A DNA stretch of 64,000 bases, taken from an uncultured Armatimonadetes bacterium. Lineage in GTDB: Bacteria; Armatimonadota; Hebobacteria; Hebobacterales; Hebobacteraceae. The stretch is from contig OY970296.1 of NCBI GenBank assembly GCA_963716175.1, positions 1,856,001 through 1,920,000 of the forward strand, written 5' to 3'. Shown here in pieces: positions 10,900-19,937 of the stretch. Made by a program: the position numbers and the translations under genes. Below the pieces are notes generated by a model. The model was not told the origin of the DNA and did not search any database. It saw nothing but the letters and a program-made list of their open reading frames with translations. Within the stretch, counting starts at the first letter, position 1. The number at the start of each line of letters is the position of its first letter.

Positions 10900-11070
10900 G
10901 TGGTGCGAGGGTGGCTGCTGCACTGGCTGGGCTTGTGTTTATGGCACCGGCCTCCTCACAGTCTGAGGCGCGCATGTTCGGCGCGCCTTTTTCTTTTGGC
11001 CGGAAGCAGGGAAGGGCGGGTGAGCCGAGCTGACCGCGCTGCTTTCTGTAACGGCCGACGGACGGGGTAA
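10900..11070 (+). CDS. Candidate leader peptide uORF1 (MVRGWLLHWLGLCLWHRPPHSLRR..., 56 aa)
   Basis: GGGGGAG + 7 nt + GTG just after the promoter. The ORF crosses an intrinsic terminator, and its stop is directly followed by a strong SD. Confidence 0.4.
   Translation: MVRGWLLHWLGLCLWHRPPHSLRRACSARLFLLAGSREGRVSRADRAAFCNGRRTG
10966..10997 (+). terminator. Intrinsic terminator in the 5' leader (attenuator candidate)
   Basis: 8-bp stem AGGCGCGC/GCGCGCCT, 7-nt loop, then TTTTCTTTT. Confidence 0.75.
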
Positions 11071-11086
11071 GAGAGGAGGTGAGGCA

Positions 11087-11125
11087 GTGTTCTTTGTTGT
11101 CCCGCCTATCCGCGGCAGACTGTAG
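11087..11125 (+). CDS. Candidate uORF2 (MFFVVPPIRGRL, 12 aa)
   Basis: AGGAGGT SD before the GTG; the TAG is immediately followed by the AGGAGGAG SD of the main gene. Confidence 0.35.
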   Translation: MFFVVPPIRGRL

Positions 11126-11142
11126 AGGAGGAGTGACACACG

Positions 11143-12183
11143 ATGATACTGCGGAGACGTGGTTTCACCCTGATCGAGTTGTTGGTAGTGATCGCGATCA
11201 TCGCGATCCTGGCCGCAATGCTGTTTCCCGTATTCGCGCGGGCACGTGAATCGGCGCGCAAGATTCAGTGCCTGTCCAATGTGAAGAACATCGCCATGGC
11301 CATGCAGATGTACTTCTCGGACTATGACCGGTTCCCACCGGCCGAGACCAACGGCAATGTCAATGCCTGGTTCAGCGACTGCGGCGGGGACACCAGGCCC
11401 GGGTGCTGCTCCACCCAGGCCAACCCCTACCTGCGCTGGCCGGTGGTTCTGGACGAGTACGTCAAGAACCGCGACGTGTGGAGGTGCCCCAGCGCGAAGC
11501 GACCCTCGTACCCGGGATCGGTCATGCCCTACCCCAACTGGTTCCAGCAGTTCTCGGACCCGGCCAAGCACTACGGCGCCTGCTGCGACCTCTGGCCGCC
11601 CGGCTGGGGTGGAACCGCCACCGACACCGACCAGAATGTGTGTGGTGCCGGCCAAAAGCCGAGCGCGGACACCGGTGCCGTCGAGTTCGGCATCGCTATG
11701 TTTGAGCACCTTCAGGGCAAGTCGCTGTCTCTGGTCAACGACCCCGCGAGGCACGTCGTTGTCAACGACGCCCCCAACGCGCCATGGTGGGGCATGGTCG
11801 AGCAAATGGCCTTTCCCGACATCTGCCGCGCCCGCTGGGGCGGCGCTGTGGACTACGGCTGCGGCGCCGACTGGGTCAACTGCTCCGATACCCAGAGCTG
11901 CGGCATTTCGCTTGACGCGATGAACAAGTTCTGGACCGACGCCAGCTACCGCAGCCAGAACGCCCGCCATTTGGGCGGCAGCAACATCGGCTTCCTGGAT
12001 GGCCACGCCGCCTGGATGGCCGCTGACGCCATCGTCGCCGCGGCCGGGAACCACCGCAATCCCAACCCGTATGCTGTCCTTATTCTCGGCTCCGGCGCAG
12101 CTGCCCCTCCGTCTGGCGCGACCGCTCAGGTGTCTTACTTGGAGGGCATCAACTGCCAGTGTCTGCCGGAGAGCATGTGGTAA
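11143..12183 (+). CDS. Prepilin-type N-terminal cleavage/methylation, DUF1559 / H-X9-DG domain protein (Cys-rich)
   Basis: Same N-terminal pilin motif and '[15 protein letters not shown]'; paralog of 7839-8900. Confidence 0.9.
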   Translation: MILRRRGFTLIELLVVIAIIAILAAMLFPVFARARESARKIQCLSNVKNIAMAMQMYFSDYDRFPPAETNGNVNAWFSDCGGDTRPGCCSTQANPYLRWPVVLDEYVKNRDVWRCPSAKRPSYPGSVMPYPNWFQQFSDPAKHYGACCDLWPPGWGGTATDTDQNVCGAGQKPSADTGAVEFGIAMFEHLQGKSLSLVNDPARHVVVNDAPNAPWWGMVEQMAFPDICRARWGGAVDYGCGADWVNCSDTQSCGISLDAMNKFWTDASYRSQNARHLGGSNIGFLDGHAAWMAADAIVAAAGNHRNPNPYAVLILGSGAAAPPSGATAQVSYLEGINCQCLPESMW

Positions 12184-12388
12184 CCTGGCACTGAGGGGGG
12201 TCGCATTAGCCGGCTTGGCAGCATGCTGAGCGCCGCGGGACGACCCGCGGCGCCCAGCGCGTGTGACGGGCGAGCCCTCGCGGTCCCAGGGCATGCCAGG
12301 CCGACATACCGCACCGGGCAGCGCGAGCCGCTCTTTCGCTGGGCCCGCCCGACCCGAACCTCCCTGGAACTGCTCATGCTCCTCTCCC

Positions 12389-13213
12389 TCACCGCACCTT
12401 CTGAAACACCATCACGAACTCGTGGGCTTTGTTGACTCTGAACACGGAGGGATAGCCGAGAGGGCGGAAGTTGTTGTACTCGTGCCGCCGGTCCCAGATG
12501 ATGATGTCATCGAGCAGGTAACCGATTCCCTGGAGACTGCTGGCGAGGTCCGAGTGGAAGGGGAAGAAGCGGTTCCTCTGGCGCAGGTCCATCACCACCG
12601 CGGCGCAATAGGCGCCGGGACGCAGCACGGAACGCACCTGCGCGAACACCTCTGTCAGCGCGGCCAGGAATCCGTCGTAATCTGCCACCTGTCCCAGGTC
12701 TCCCGGCCGGTCGCCATAGTGTCTGACCTGCTTGCGATCCGCCGAGCGGCGGCGAGTGAGCACATTCCAGTAGGGGGGCGAGGTCACCACCAGGTCCACT
12801 GACTCCGGCGCCACGTGGTCGGCCAGGTCTGCGGCGTCGGCGCAGATCAACTGGCAGCCGCAGGGGAGCGGCCCGGAGGGCATGGGCAGGCGCGCGCTAC
12901 AGTCGCGCTCTCTGAGGCGGCGGCTGGCGATCTGGACGTAGTCCGGGTTGATGTCGAGGCCGAGGCCCGCCCGGCCCAGCTCATGCGCGGCCAGCACCGT
13001 GGACCCCAGCCCGCAGAAGGGGTCGAGCACCACCCGGCCCTCGGGCGGGAGGAAGCACTCGATCACCCGGCGCGCCAGCTCCACCGGGAACAGCGCCGGA
13101 TGCTTCAGCGCCAGCTCCTCTTTCGATTTCCGGATATCGCTCCAGATGCTGATGGAATAGCGAGTCCAGGTGCGGCCGTCCAGGCTGTTGCCACGCCGCG
13201 GATTACCTCTCAT
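12389..13213 (-). CDS. Orphan site-specific DNA methyltransferase (N4-C/N6-A family)
   Basis: 'HPALFP', motif I 'LDPFCGLGST' and motif IV 'VTSPPYW'; no restriction gene adjacent. Confidence 0.85.
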   Translation of the reverse strand: MRGNPRRGNSLDGRTWTRYSISIWSDIRKSKEELALKHPALFPVELARRVIECFLPPEGRVVLDPFCGLGSTVLAAHELGRAGLGLDINPDYVQIASRRLRERDCSARLPMPSGPLPCGCQLICADAADLADHVAPESVDLVVTSPPYWNVLTRRRSADRKQVRHYGDRPGDLGQVADYDGFLAALTEVFAQVRSVLRPGAYCAAVVMDLRQRNRFFPFHSDLASSLQGIGYLLDDIIIWDRRHEYNNFRPLGYPSVFRVNKAHEFVMVFQKVR

Positions 13214-13383
13214 CGCCTCGCCCCTTCAGGGCCGCCTGGTAGAGCACGCCCCGCGGCACTCCCCGCCTTCTGGCGACATGGGCCGGCGGCCCGGCGCAGC
13301 ACGCGCAGGCCGCGGAGGGTGGTGTTCTCCAGGTTGCCGATGGGCGTGCCCACCAGATAGAGGGTGCCAGGAGGTAGATCCAT
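13203..13383 (-). pseudogene. rsmI: rsmI (16S rRNA C1402 2'-O-methyltransferase) remnant with a large internal deletion
   Basis: N-terminus 'GTLYLVGTPIGNLENTTLRGLRVLRRA' joined out of frame to an RsmI-like C-terminal helix 'AHVARRRGVPRGVLYQAALK'. Confidence 0.75.
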
Positions 13384-13391
13384 TTCCCTGT

Positions 13392-13892
13392 TCAGAACCG
13401 GAAGCGGGCAAGAGCCGCGATGATAGCCACCAGCAGTGGAACGAGAAAGCCGGGGGAAGACAGCACGGCGATCACCTGCTGAAAGCCCGGGTGCCCAGGC
13501 CTTGCAGCGACAATGAGGGCCCCCGCGACCGCCATGCCCACCAGGGACATCACGGCTGCGATCACCTGGATGGAGATGTCGCGGTGCTGGGCCGATCCCG
13601 CCAGGGCGGCCGACCCCACCGCCAGGCCGAGGAGGACGGCTGCCAACAGGCCTACCCAGTGCACCCACCCGAGCAGCAGACCGGCGCCGAGGCCAACCGC
13701 CAGGGAGGCCCCCGCACCCCGCACGATCTGCGGGGTTGTGGCCAACCCTTTGGCCCGGCGGGGCAGGCGGGCGCAATCGGCGCAGAGGACGCCGGTGGCG
13801 CCCTGCACCATGCAGTCCGGGCAGAGGGGCCGCCCGCAGCGACCGCAGGACACCGCGGTCTCGCGATTCGGATGGCGGTAACAGCGCGCCGT
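13392..13892 (-). CDS. B-box-type zinc finger membrane protein (apparent ACG start)
   Basis: 'CYRHPNRETAVSCGRCGRPLCPDC...LCADC' followed by about 4 TM helices; GGAGGA 6 nt upstream of ACG at 13892. Confidence 0.75.
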   Translation of the reverse strand, partial: TARCYRHPNRETAVSCGRCGRPLCPDCMVQGATGVLCADCARLPRRAKGLATTPQIVRGAGASLAVGLGAGLLLGWVHWVGLLAAVLLGLAVGSAALAGSAQHRDISIQVIAAVMSLVGMAVAGALIVAARPGHPGFQQVIAVLSSPGFLVPLLVAIIAALARFRF

Positions 13893-14039
13893 AGCTGATC
13901 CTCCCTGGCAGCTGAACTGACCACCGCCATTCTGCGAGCCCGGCCTGTTGACCTCCCCTGACGTGGCTCGAGGGTGTGCCGCTCCCGTTGACGGCACACC
14001 CTCGAGCTGTTGGAGTGATATAGAAGAAGGCGAGGCTAA

Positions 14040-15146
14040 CTACCCTGGAGGGCGCTCAGCTAGGGCGCGGTCGCTCACCTTGAGGCTTGCCACACCGGTA
14101 GCGCGATCCCAGTGCAGTGCGGCACCAGTGACATCCGCGAAGAAACGGAGGGGCACGATCATCCTCGCCTGCTGGATGATCGCCTTCGCACCCATGTCCA
14201 CGGGTTGTCCATTCACCCTGGCGATGCTGGAGCCAGTGGTGACCTCGACCACGTTCGCTCCCTTCACGCTGCGCGCGATCCGGGTGCGACTGTGCCACGA
14301 CACCTGCGCTCCCACCTCCTCGAACAGGGATCGGAAGCTAACCTGCATGCGACCATCCTGCACATAGGGCGCCACCGAGAAGCTCACCGGCCGCCCATTC
14401 ATGACTACGGTATGCCCCCGAATCCGACTCGCCACTGGGTGCACGGCGGGGGGCCGATCACTGGCCGTGCCCGAGGTGAAGCTGGCATGACCGACTGCCT
14501 CCAGCGCCACCGGGCGCGCGGCCGACAGCAGTGGGCTGGCCGCGGTCCGGCTCGGTTCGGGCAGCGGCCCGCGCGCTGGCTGCATGGGCGAGGCCGCGGA
14601 AGCGCCTGCTGCCTCCGCCGCCGCTCCTACCGTCACCGGGCGGGCGCCCGTTTGCTGCTTTGCGGCCACCCGCGCTGCAGGTGCGGGGGCAGGTGACGCG
14701 GCCACCGCCTTTTTCGCTGGCGGCATCGGCTTGGAGGCGACCCGCCGGGCGGGCTCCTTGCGCGCCTGCAGTGACGGGCCCGAGCCATTCCTTACGTAGA
14801 TGGTGATCACCTTGGAGGCGGCGATCAAGCCATAGTTGTCGTAGGCCTCGGCGAAGATGCGGTGCGGGCCATCGGGCAAGACGGTGGTGTCGAGCTCGAA
14901 GGTATAGGGCGCTGAGTTGGTGGAGGAAGGCCGGTCTGCGTCTACCCCAAAGATGACATAGCTGACCCTCCCGCCATTCCGCACCGAGGCCGTAATGCTC
15001 AACACTCCGCGTACCTTCGCCCCGGCGGCGGGCGAGGCGATCTTGATCGCGGCCCCCGGAGCACCAAACAGGCCGGTGATGGAAAGCACCATCGCCAGGA
15101 TCAGCAGCCCGGCGACCAGCGACTGAGATGTGCTCGCGCGGCGCAT
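14040..15146 (-). CDS. Secreted Ig-like + copper amine oxidase N-terminal (stalk) domain protein
   Basis: Signal peptide, Ig-like 'SAPYTFELDTTVLPDGPH', an Ala/Pro linker and stalk motif 'RMIVPLRFFADVTGAALHWD'. Confidence 0.75.
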   Translation of the reverse strand: MRRASTSQSLVAGLLILAMVLSITGLFGAPGAAIKIASPAAGAKVRGVLSITASVRNGGRVSYVIFGVDADRPSSTNSAPYTFELDTTVLPDGPHRIFAEAYDNYGLIAASKVITIYVRNGSGPSLQARKEPARRVASKPMPPAKKAVAASPAPAPAARVAAKQQTGARPVTVGAAAEAAGASAASPMQPARGPLPEPSRTAASPLLSAARPVALEAVGHASFTSGTASDRPPAVHPVASRIRGHTVVMNGRPVSFSVAPYVQDGRMQVSFRSLFEEVGAQVSWHSRTRIARSVKGANVVEVTTGSSIARVNGQPVDMGAKAIIQQARMIVPLRFFADVTGAALHWDRATGVASLKVSDRALAERPPG

Positions 15147-15324
15147 TGTTGTCCCTCCCCACTCAATGAAACACAAATGGTCTTGGTGCGGGCCCCCTGT
15201 CCAGGGCCGCATCCCGATTCCCCGATCTTCTTCCTACACTATCTATCTATACCATGCCTGAGCCTGACCCTCCAAGAGCGGCTGCCAGGGTGCCCTTGCC
15301 GCTGTCAGCGCCCTCTGGCGCTCC

Positions 15325-15354
15325 TTGACCGCGTTTGGGTCTGCCCCCTATAAT
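15325..15354 (+). promoter_or_regulatory. Sigma70-type promoter of smpB
   Basis: TTGACC-18 nt-TATAAT upstream of the AGGAGG SD. Confidence 0.75.
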
Positions 15355-15376
15355 CGGGCCGCAGGAGGCCGAGCCG

Positions 15377-15840
15377 GTGTCTGATCGGGAAACCGTCGCG
15401 CTCAACCGCCGCGCCAGGCACGATTACGAGATCACCGAGACCTACGATGCCGGCCTCGTGCTCACAGGCACCGAGATCAAGTCCGTCCGCGCCCACCGGG
15501 TGGACCTGCGGGATGCCTACGCCGCGGTGGAGCGGGGGAACTCTGGCTGCACAACATGCACATCAGTGCCTATGAGCCCGGGAGCCGGGACAACCCGGCA
15601 ACGCGGCGCAGCCGGAAGCTGCTGCTGCATCGGCGGGAGATCAGCCGCCTGATCGGCAGGACGGTGGAGAAGGGCCTCACTATCATACCGCTCAAGCTCT
15701 ACCTGCAGCGCGGGTACGCCAAGGTGGAACTGGGCCTGGCCCGGGGCCGCCGCCAGTGGGACAAGCGCCAGGCGATTGCGGCGCGGGAGGCGCGCCGGGA
15801 GGAAGAGCGCGCGCTGGCGCAGAGAAGGAGGGAGGGGTGA
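15377..15840 (+). CDS. smpB: SsrA-binding protein SmpB (frameshift in the G5 run at 15534-15538, likely sequence error)
   Basis: 'NRRARHDY...[14 protein letters not shown]' then, in a shifted frame, '[12 protein letters not shown]...[10 protein letters not shown]'. One extra G restores the full gene. Confidence 0.92.
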
Positions 15841-16151
15841 GCGTACATATAGAGGTGAATCTGGACCGGGTCGCCGAGTACTGCCGCAAGTGGAAGGTCA
15901 CCGAGCTGGCCTTGTTTGGCTCGGTGCTGCGGGAGGACTTCCGGCCTGATAGCGACGTGGATGTGCTGGTGACATTCGCGCAGGATGCGAAGTGGAGTCT
16001 GTTCGATCTGGTGGAGATGCAGGACGAGCTGGGCCAGTTGCTGGGGCGCGATGTGGACCTCGTGGAGAGAGAGGCAATAGAGAAGAGCGAGAACTACATC
16101 CGCAGGAAGCATATCCTCAGCAATACGGAGATCATATATGTGGCGAGATGA
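15837..16151 (+). CDS. MntA-type minimal nucleotidyltransferase antitoxin
   Basis: 'LFGSVLREDFRPDSDVDVLV' (GS-x10-DxD); GTGA overlap with the smpB stop. Confidence 0.9.
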   Translation: MSVHIEVNLDRVAEYCRKWKVTELALFGSVLREDFRPDSDVDVLVTFAQDAKWSLFDLVEMQDELGQLLGRDVDLVEREAIEKSENYIRRKHILSNTEIIYVAR

Positions 16152-16494
16152 GGCGTATCTGTTGGATATGCTCCTCTCAGCGCGACAGATCCTGGACTTC
16201 ACGCGGGGCGTCCCCTGGGAGGCGTTCGCTGCCGACCGGGAGAAGCAGTACGCGGTCACTCACCTGATCCAGATTATCGGTGAGGCCGCGCGAAAAGTCT
16301 CTCCGGAGTTCAGATCAGCACACCCGGAGATCCCCTGGCGCGAAGTGGTAGGAATGCGACATCGGATCGTTCACGAGTACTTCCGCATCATAACGTCGGA
16401 GGTATGGAGGGTGGTGGAGAAGGACCTGCCGGCCCTGATTCCCTTGCTGGAGTCGCTAGTGCCGCCTGAGGAGCCAGCAGAACGCTCGGGGTAG
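16138..16494 (+). CDS. HepT-like DUF86/HEPN ribonuclease toxin
   Basis: 'IIGEAA' and 'IPWREVVGMRHRIVHEY' (R-x4-H HEPN motif); overlaps the MNT gene. Confidence 0.9.
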   Translation: MWRDEAYLLDMLLSARQILDFTRGVPWEAFAADREKQYAVTHLIQIIGEAARKVSPEFRSAHPEIPWREVVGMRHRIVHEYFRIITSEVWRVVEKDLPALIPLLESLVPPEEPAERSG

Positions 16495-16604
16495 CCCTGC
16501 CCGCAGGCTTCTCCACTCAGCGGCCGGGCGAACCGCTGATCCGCTCCTGTGCAGGATTGCCCCTGTGGTCGTGGAAGCCACTCTGATGGAGGCCCGCCTT
16601 TCCC

Positions 16605-17420
16605 GTGCGTCTGGGATTCTGCAACGAAGGTTTCGGCGAGCGCCCGTGGCCGGCGCAGTGCGCGGCGGTAGCCGCGGCCGGCTATGATGGCATCGAGATC
16701 GCTCCCTACACCTTGGCCGAGACGGTAGAAAGCATATCGCCCCGGGCGCGCGCGGAGTTGCGGCAGCCGGCCCAGGAGGCGGGGCTGGAGGTGGTGGGGC
16801 TGCACTGGCTGCTAGTCAAGCCTGAGGGGCTGCATATCAGCCACCCCGATGCTGCCGTGCGCGGCCGCACCAGAGACTACCTCTGCCATCTCGCCGATTT
16901 CTGTGGGGACCTGGGCGGCAAGATCATGGTCTTCGGCTCGCCTGGCCAGCGGGGCACCAGCGCGGGCGCGACTCCGGACGAGGCCTGGCACTGGGCCGTC
17001 GAGACCTTCACCGGTGTGCTGCCGACACTCGCGGCGCGCGGCGTGACGCTCTGCATCGAACCGCTGACCTTCCAGGAGACGGATTTCATCTTGAGCGCGG
17101 AACAGGGTCGGCGTATGGTGGAGGAGATCAACCATCCCAGCTTTCGCCTTATCCTCGACGTGAAAGCCATGTGCAGCGAATCGGTGGCCATACCCGAGCT
17201 TATCCGCGAGCACGCCAGCGTGCTCGCCCATGTCCACGCCAATGATGCCAATCGGCAGGCGCCGGGCTTCGGGGAGACGGACTTCGGCCCGATCTTGGCG
17301 GCGCTTCAGGAAGTGGACTACCAGGGTTATGTGTCGGCCGAGCCGTTCGAGTTCAAGACCGATATCGACACCATCGCGCGCCGGGCGCTGAGCTACCTGC
17401 ACAGTTGTCTGGCGGCATGA
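16605..17420 (+). CDS. Sugar phosphate isomerase/epimerase (xylose isomerase-like TIM barrel)
   Basis: 'GYDGIEI', 'IEPL', 'LDVKAM', 'HVHAND' and 'YVSAEPF'. Confidence 0.85.
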   Translation: MRLGFCNEGFGERPWPAQCAAVAAAGYDGIEIAPYTLAETVESISPRARAELRQPAQEAGLEVVGLHWLLVKPEGLHISHPDAAVRGRTRDYLCHLADFCGDLGGKIMVFGSPGQRGTSAGATPDEAWHWAVETFTGVLPTLAARGVTLCIEPLTFQETDFILSAEQGRRMVEEINHPSFRLILDVKAMCSESVAIPELIREHASVLAHVHANDANRQAPGFGETDFGPILAALQEVDYQGYVSAEPFEFKTDIDTIARRALSYLHSCLAA

Positions 17421-17445
17421 CGAGAATCTGAGCCCAACCCGGGAG

Positions 17446-18636
17446 ATGCAGATGCCAAAGATCCAGTTCGCAGTTCACGCGGGGCCGCACGCGCGCCGAA
17501 ACTGCCCGATTCGGGCGCGCCTGCCCTATGCTGGCAAGGAGCCGCCGGTCTCGGTCTTGCTCACCGCCGAAGGCGGGTCCAGGCTGCCGGCCCAAGTCGC
17601 TTTGCCTGCATTCTCACGGGGATGGTCAGAGCCAGGCCACTTCGGCCTTGCTTTCGTCCTGCCCGAGTTGGAGGCAGGCGGGAGCCTGAGGTTTGTGGCC
17701 GAGCCCAGCGGCGACCCGGCCGGCGCAGGCGATGCTGTGGCCGTCGCCGATGACAAGTCCGGTCGCGTTGACATCTCCGTCGGCGGCGAACTCCTCACCA
17801 CCTACCGCTACCTCGGCAATCCCGCGCGCCCATGCTTCTTCCCGCTGACCGGTCCAGGGGGAAAGCGCGTGACCCGGAGCTGGCCCATTGCTGATGCCGT
17901 TGCCGGCGAAACCACCGATCACCGGCACCACCGCTCATTCTGGGTTGCGCATGGAGATGTCAACGGAACGGACAACTGGAGTGAGGGGGAGGGGCACGCG
18001 TTCCAGCTACACCGGGAGGCGATCGTTGCCGAGGGTGGTCTGGTGTATGGTCAGTTGGCGGCCTCGACGGACTGGACCGACCGGAACCAGACGAAGATCC
18101 TGGAGGAGAAGCGGGCGCTGACGGCCTGGGCCATCGGGGACGACGCCCGGCTGTTCGACTTCGACGTTCTCTTCACCGCCACGGAGTGCGATGTCCGCTT
18201 CGGGGACACGAAAGAGGGCGGCATCCTGGCGATGCGGGTGGCCTCGGCGATGGATGGCGACCACGGCGGCCGCATCGAGAACTCCTACGGCGGGGTGGGA
18301 GAGGCGGAATGCTGGGGGCGACAGGCGCAGTGGTGTGACTATGTCGGCGAGATTGAGGGGGAGCGCCTGGGCATCGCCATCTTCGATCATCCCCGCAGCT
18401 TCCGGCACCCGACCTATTGGCACGTGCGGGACTATGGCATGTACACCGCCAACCCCTTCGGCTGGCATGACTTCCGGGACGACCCGGCCGCGGATGGGAG
18501 CCATCTCCTACCGCGGGGTGCCTCGCTGTCGTTCCACTACAGGATCTACCTGCACCGTGGCAGCGCGGCGGAGGCGGGCGTGCCCGACCGCTATCATGAT
18601 TATGCCAATCCACCGCGGGTGGAAGTGCTGGCCTGA
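17446..18636 (+). CDS. DUF6807/PmoA-family hypothetical protein
   Basis: 'DHRHHRSFWVAHGDVNG', 'DTKEGG' and 'HPTYWHVRDYG...ANPFG' motifs. Confidence 0.65.
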   Translation: MQMPKIQFAVHAGPHARRNCPIRARLPYAGKEPPVSVLLTAEGGSRLPAQVALPAFSRGWSEPGHFGLAFVLPELEAGGSLRFVAEPSGDPAGAGDAVAVADDKSGRVDISVGGELLTTYRYLGNPARPCFFPLTGPGGKRVTRSWPIADAVAGETTDHRHHRSFWVAHGDVNGTDNWSEGEGHAFQLHREAIVAEGGLVYGQLAASTDWTDRNQTKILEEKRALTAWAIGDDARLFDFDVLFTATECDVRFGDTKEGGILAMRVASAMDGDHGGRIENSYGGVGEAECWGRQAQWCDYVGEIEGERLGIAIFDHPRSFRHPTYWHVRDYGMYTANPFGWHDFRDDPAADGSHLLPRGASLSFHYRIYLHRGSAAEAGVPDRYHDYANPPRVEVLA

Positions 18637-18645
18637 CAGTCTCCC

Positions 18646-18942
18646 ATGACCAGAGCGCAGGCCTCCCCTGGTGTGAAGGTGCGCCTCCCGAGCGCTTTCC
18701 AGGAAGCGACCCGGGGACAGCGCCAGGCGCGCGTCTCAGGGCACACCGTGGGCGAGGCGCTCGCCGCGCTGGTGGCGCGCTACCCGGCGCTGCGGCCTCG
18801 CCTGCGCAGCGAGAGTGGCGCGCTCCGCCCGTTCGTGCTGGTGTTCTTGAACTCCGAGGATATCCGCTCCCAGCAGGGCGAGGAGACCGCGCTGCGCGAC
18901 GGGGATGAACTGAGCATCGTGCCCGCCATCGAAGGAGGCTGA
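18646..18942 (+). CDS. MoaD/ThiS-family ubiquitin-like sulfur carrier
   Basis: 98 aa, beta-grasp pattern, C-terminal 'IVPAIEGG'. Confidence 0.85.
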   Translation: MTRAQASPGVKVRLPSAFQEATRGQRQARVSGHTVGEALAALVARYPALRPRLRSESGALRPFVLVFLNSEDIRSQQGEETALRDGDELSIVPAIEGG

Positions 18943-19007
18943 TCGGGCAGGAATGTCTCTCTGAGCCGACGAACAGCGCCGGGAACCCGATACGAACGGA
19001 GAAGGAG

Positions 19008-19865
19008 ATGGCCTGGAAGTACTCAGTATTCACGGTGATGTGCCCCGAGCTGGACCTGGAGCAGACCGCCTCCCTGGCGGCCTCGCTGGGGTTTGATGGC
19101 CTGGAGTGGCGCGTGACCAAGAAGGCGCCGGAGCCGATCAAGGAGATCAGCTACTGGCGGGGCAACCGCTCCACGGTGGACGTGGACAACATCGAGGCCG
19201 ATCTCAAACGGGCCAGGCAGATTGCCGATCGCCACGGCGTGGCCATGCCGGTGCTCGGCACTTATATGAGCTGCAGCCAGCCCGACGTGGTGGAGAGGGT
19301 GATGCAGGCCGCCGCCGCGGTGGGCTCGACCAAGATGCGAGTGGGGCCGCCGGGCTACGATGGCAAGCGGCCCTACCAGGAGCTCTACGACCAGGCTCTG
19401 AGAGACTACGAGAAAGTGGCCGCGCTGGCGCGCAAGTACCAGCTGCAGGCCTGTCTGGAGATGCACATGGGCAATATCACGCCCTCCGCGGGGCTCGCCC
19501 ATCGCCTGGTCTCGCACTTCGACCCGGCCGAGATCGGAGTGATCTTCGACCCGGGCAATATGGTGGTGGAGGGGTTCGAGAACTACCAGTTGGGGTTGGA
19601 GCTCCTGGGCCCCTACCTCAGCCATGTGCATGCCAAGAACGCGCTCTGGGAGAAGACCGGCGAAGAGGGCGGTGCCGCCAAGTGGGAGTACAAGATGGTC
19701 GCCATGAAGCAGGGCCAGGCGAACTGGACCGCAGTGGTCGCCGCCCTGAAGAAGGTGGCCTACGCTGGCTGGCTCTCGTTCGAGGACTTCTCCGAAGCGG
19801 ACACCAAGACCAAGCTCAGTGACGGTCTTGTCTATCTGAGAGCACTAGAGGCCGCCGCGCGCTGA
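19008..19865 (+). CDS. Sugar phosphate isomerase/epimerase family protein
   Basis: 'GFDGLEWR', 'LEMH', 'FDPGNM', 'HVHAKN' and 'LSFEDF'. Confidence 0.85.
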   Translation: MAWKYSVFTVMCPELDLEQTASLAASLGFDGLEWRVTKKAPEPIKEISYWRGNRSTVDVDNIEADLKRARQIADRHGVAMPVLGTYMSCSQPDVVERVMQAAAAVGSTKMRVGPPGYDGKRPYQELYDQALRDYEKVAALARKYQLQACLEMHMGNITPSAGLAHRLVSHFDPAEIGVIFDPGNMVVEGFENYQLGLELLGPYLSHVHAKNALWEKTGEEGGAAKWEYKMVAMKQGQANWTAVVAALKKVAYAGWLSFEDFSEADTKTKLSDGLVYLRALEAAAR

Positions 19866-19937
19866 CCCTCCATGGGGTAGAATTGTGGCGCGGGCGCAGC
19901 CGCACCCGCCATGTCGGCTGTTCTCAGGAGGCGTTCC

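Noticed and set aside
10757-10966. Cys-rich ORF ending at the terminator as the leader peptide
   Set aside because: Its start lies upstream of the promoter, and there is no in-frame start after the predicted TSS.
15530-15545. smpB frameshift as programmed frameshifting or phase variation
   Set aside because: One missing G in a G5 run. Similar run-associated defects occur in lptC (3527-3530), the sulfatase (9838-9855) and the gene near 26200, so assembly error is more parsimonious. Needs a read check.
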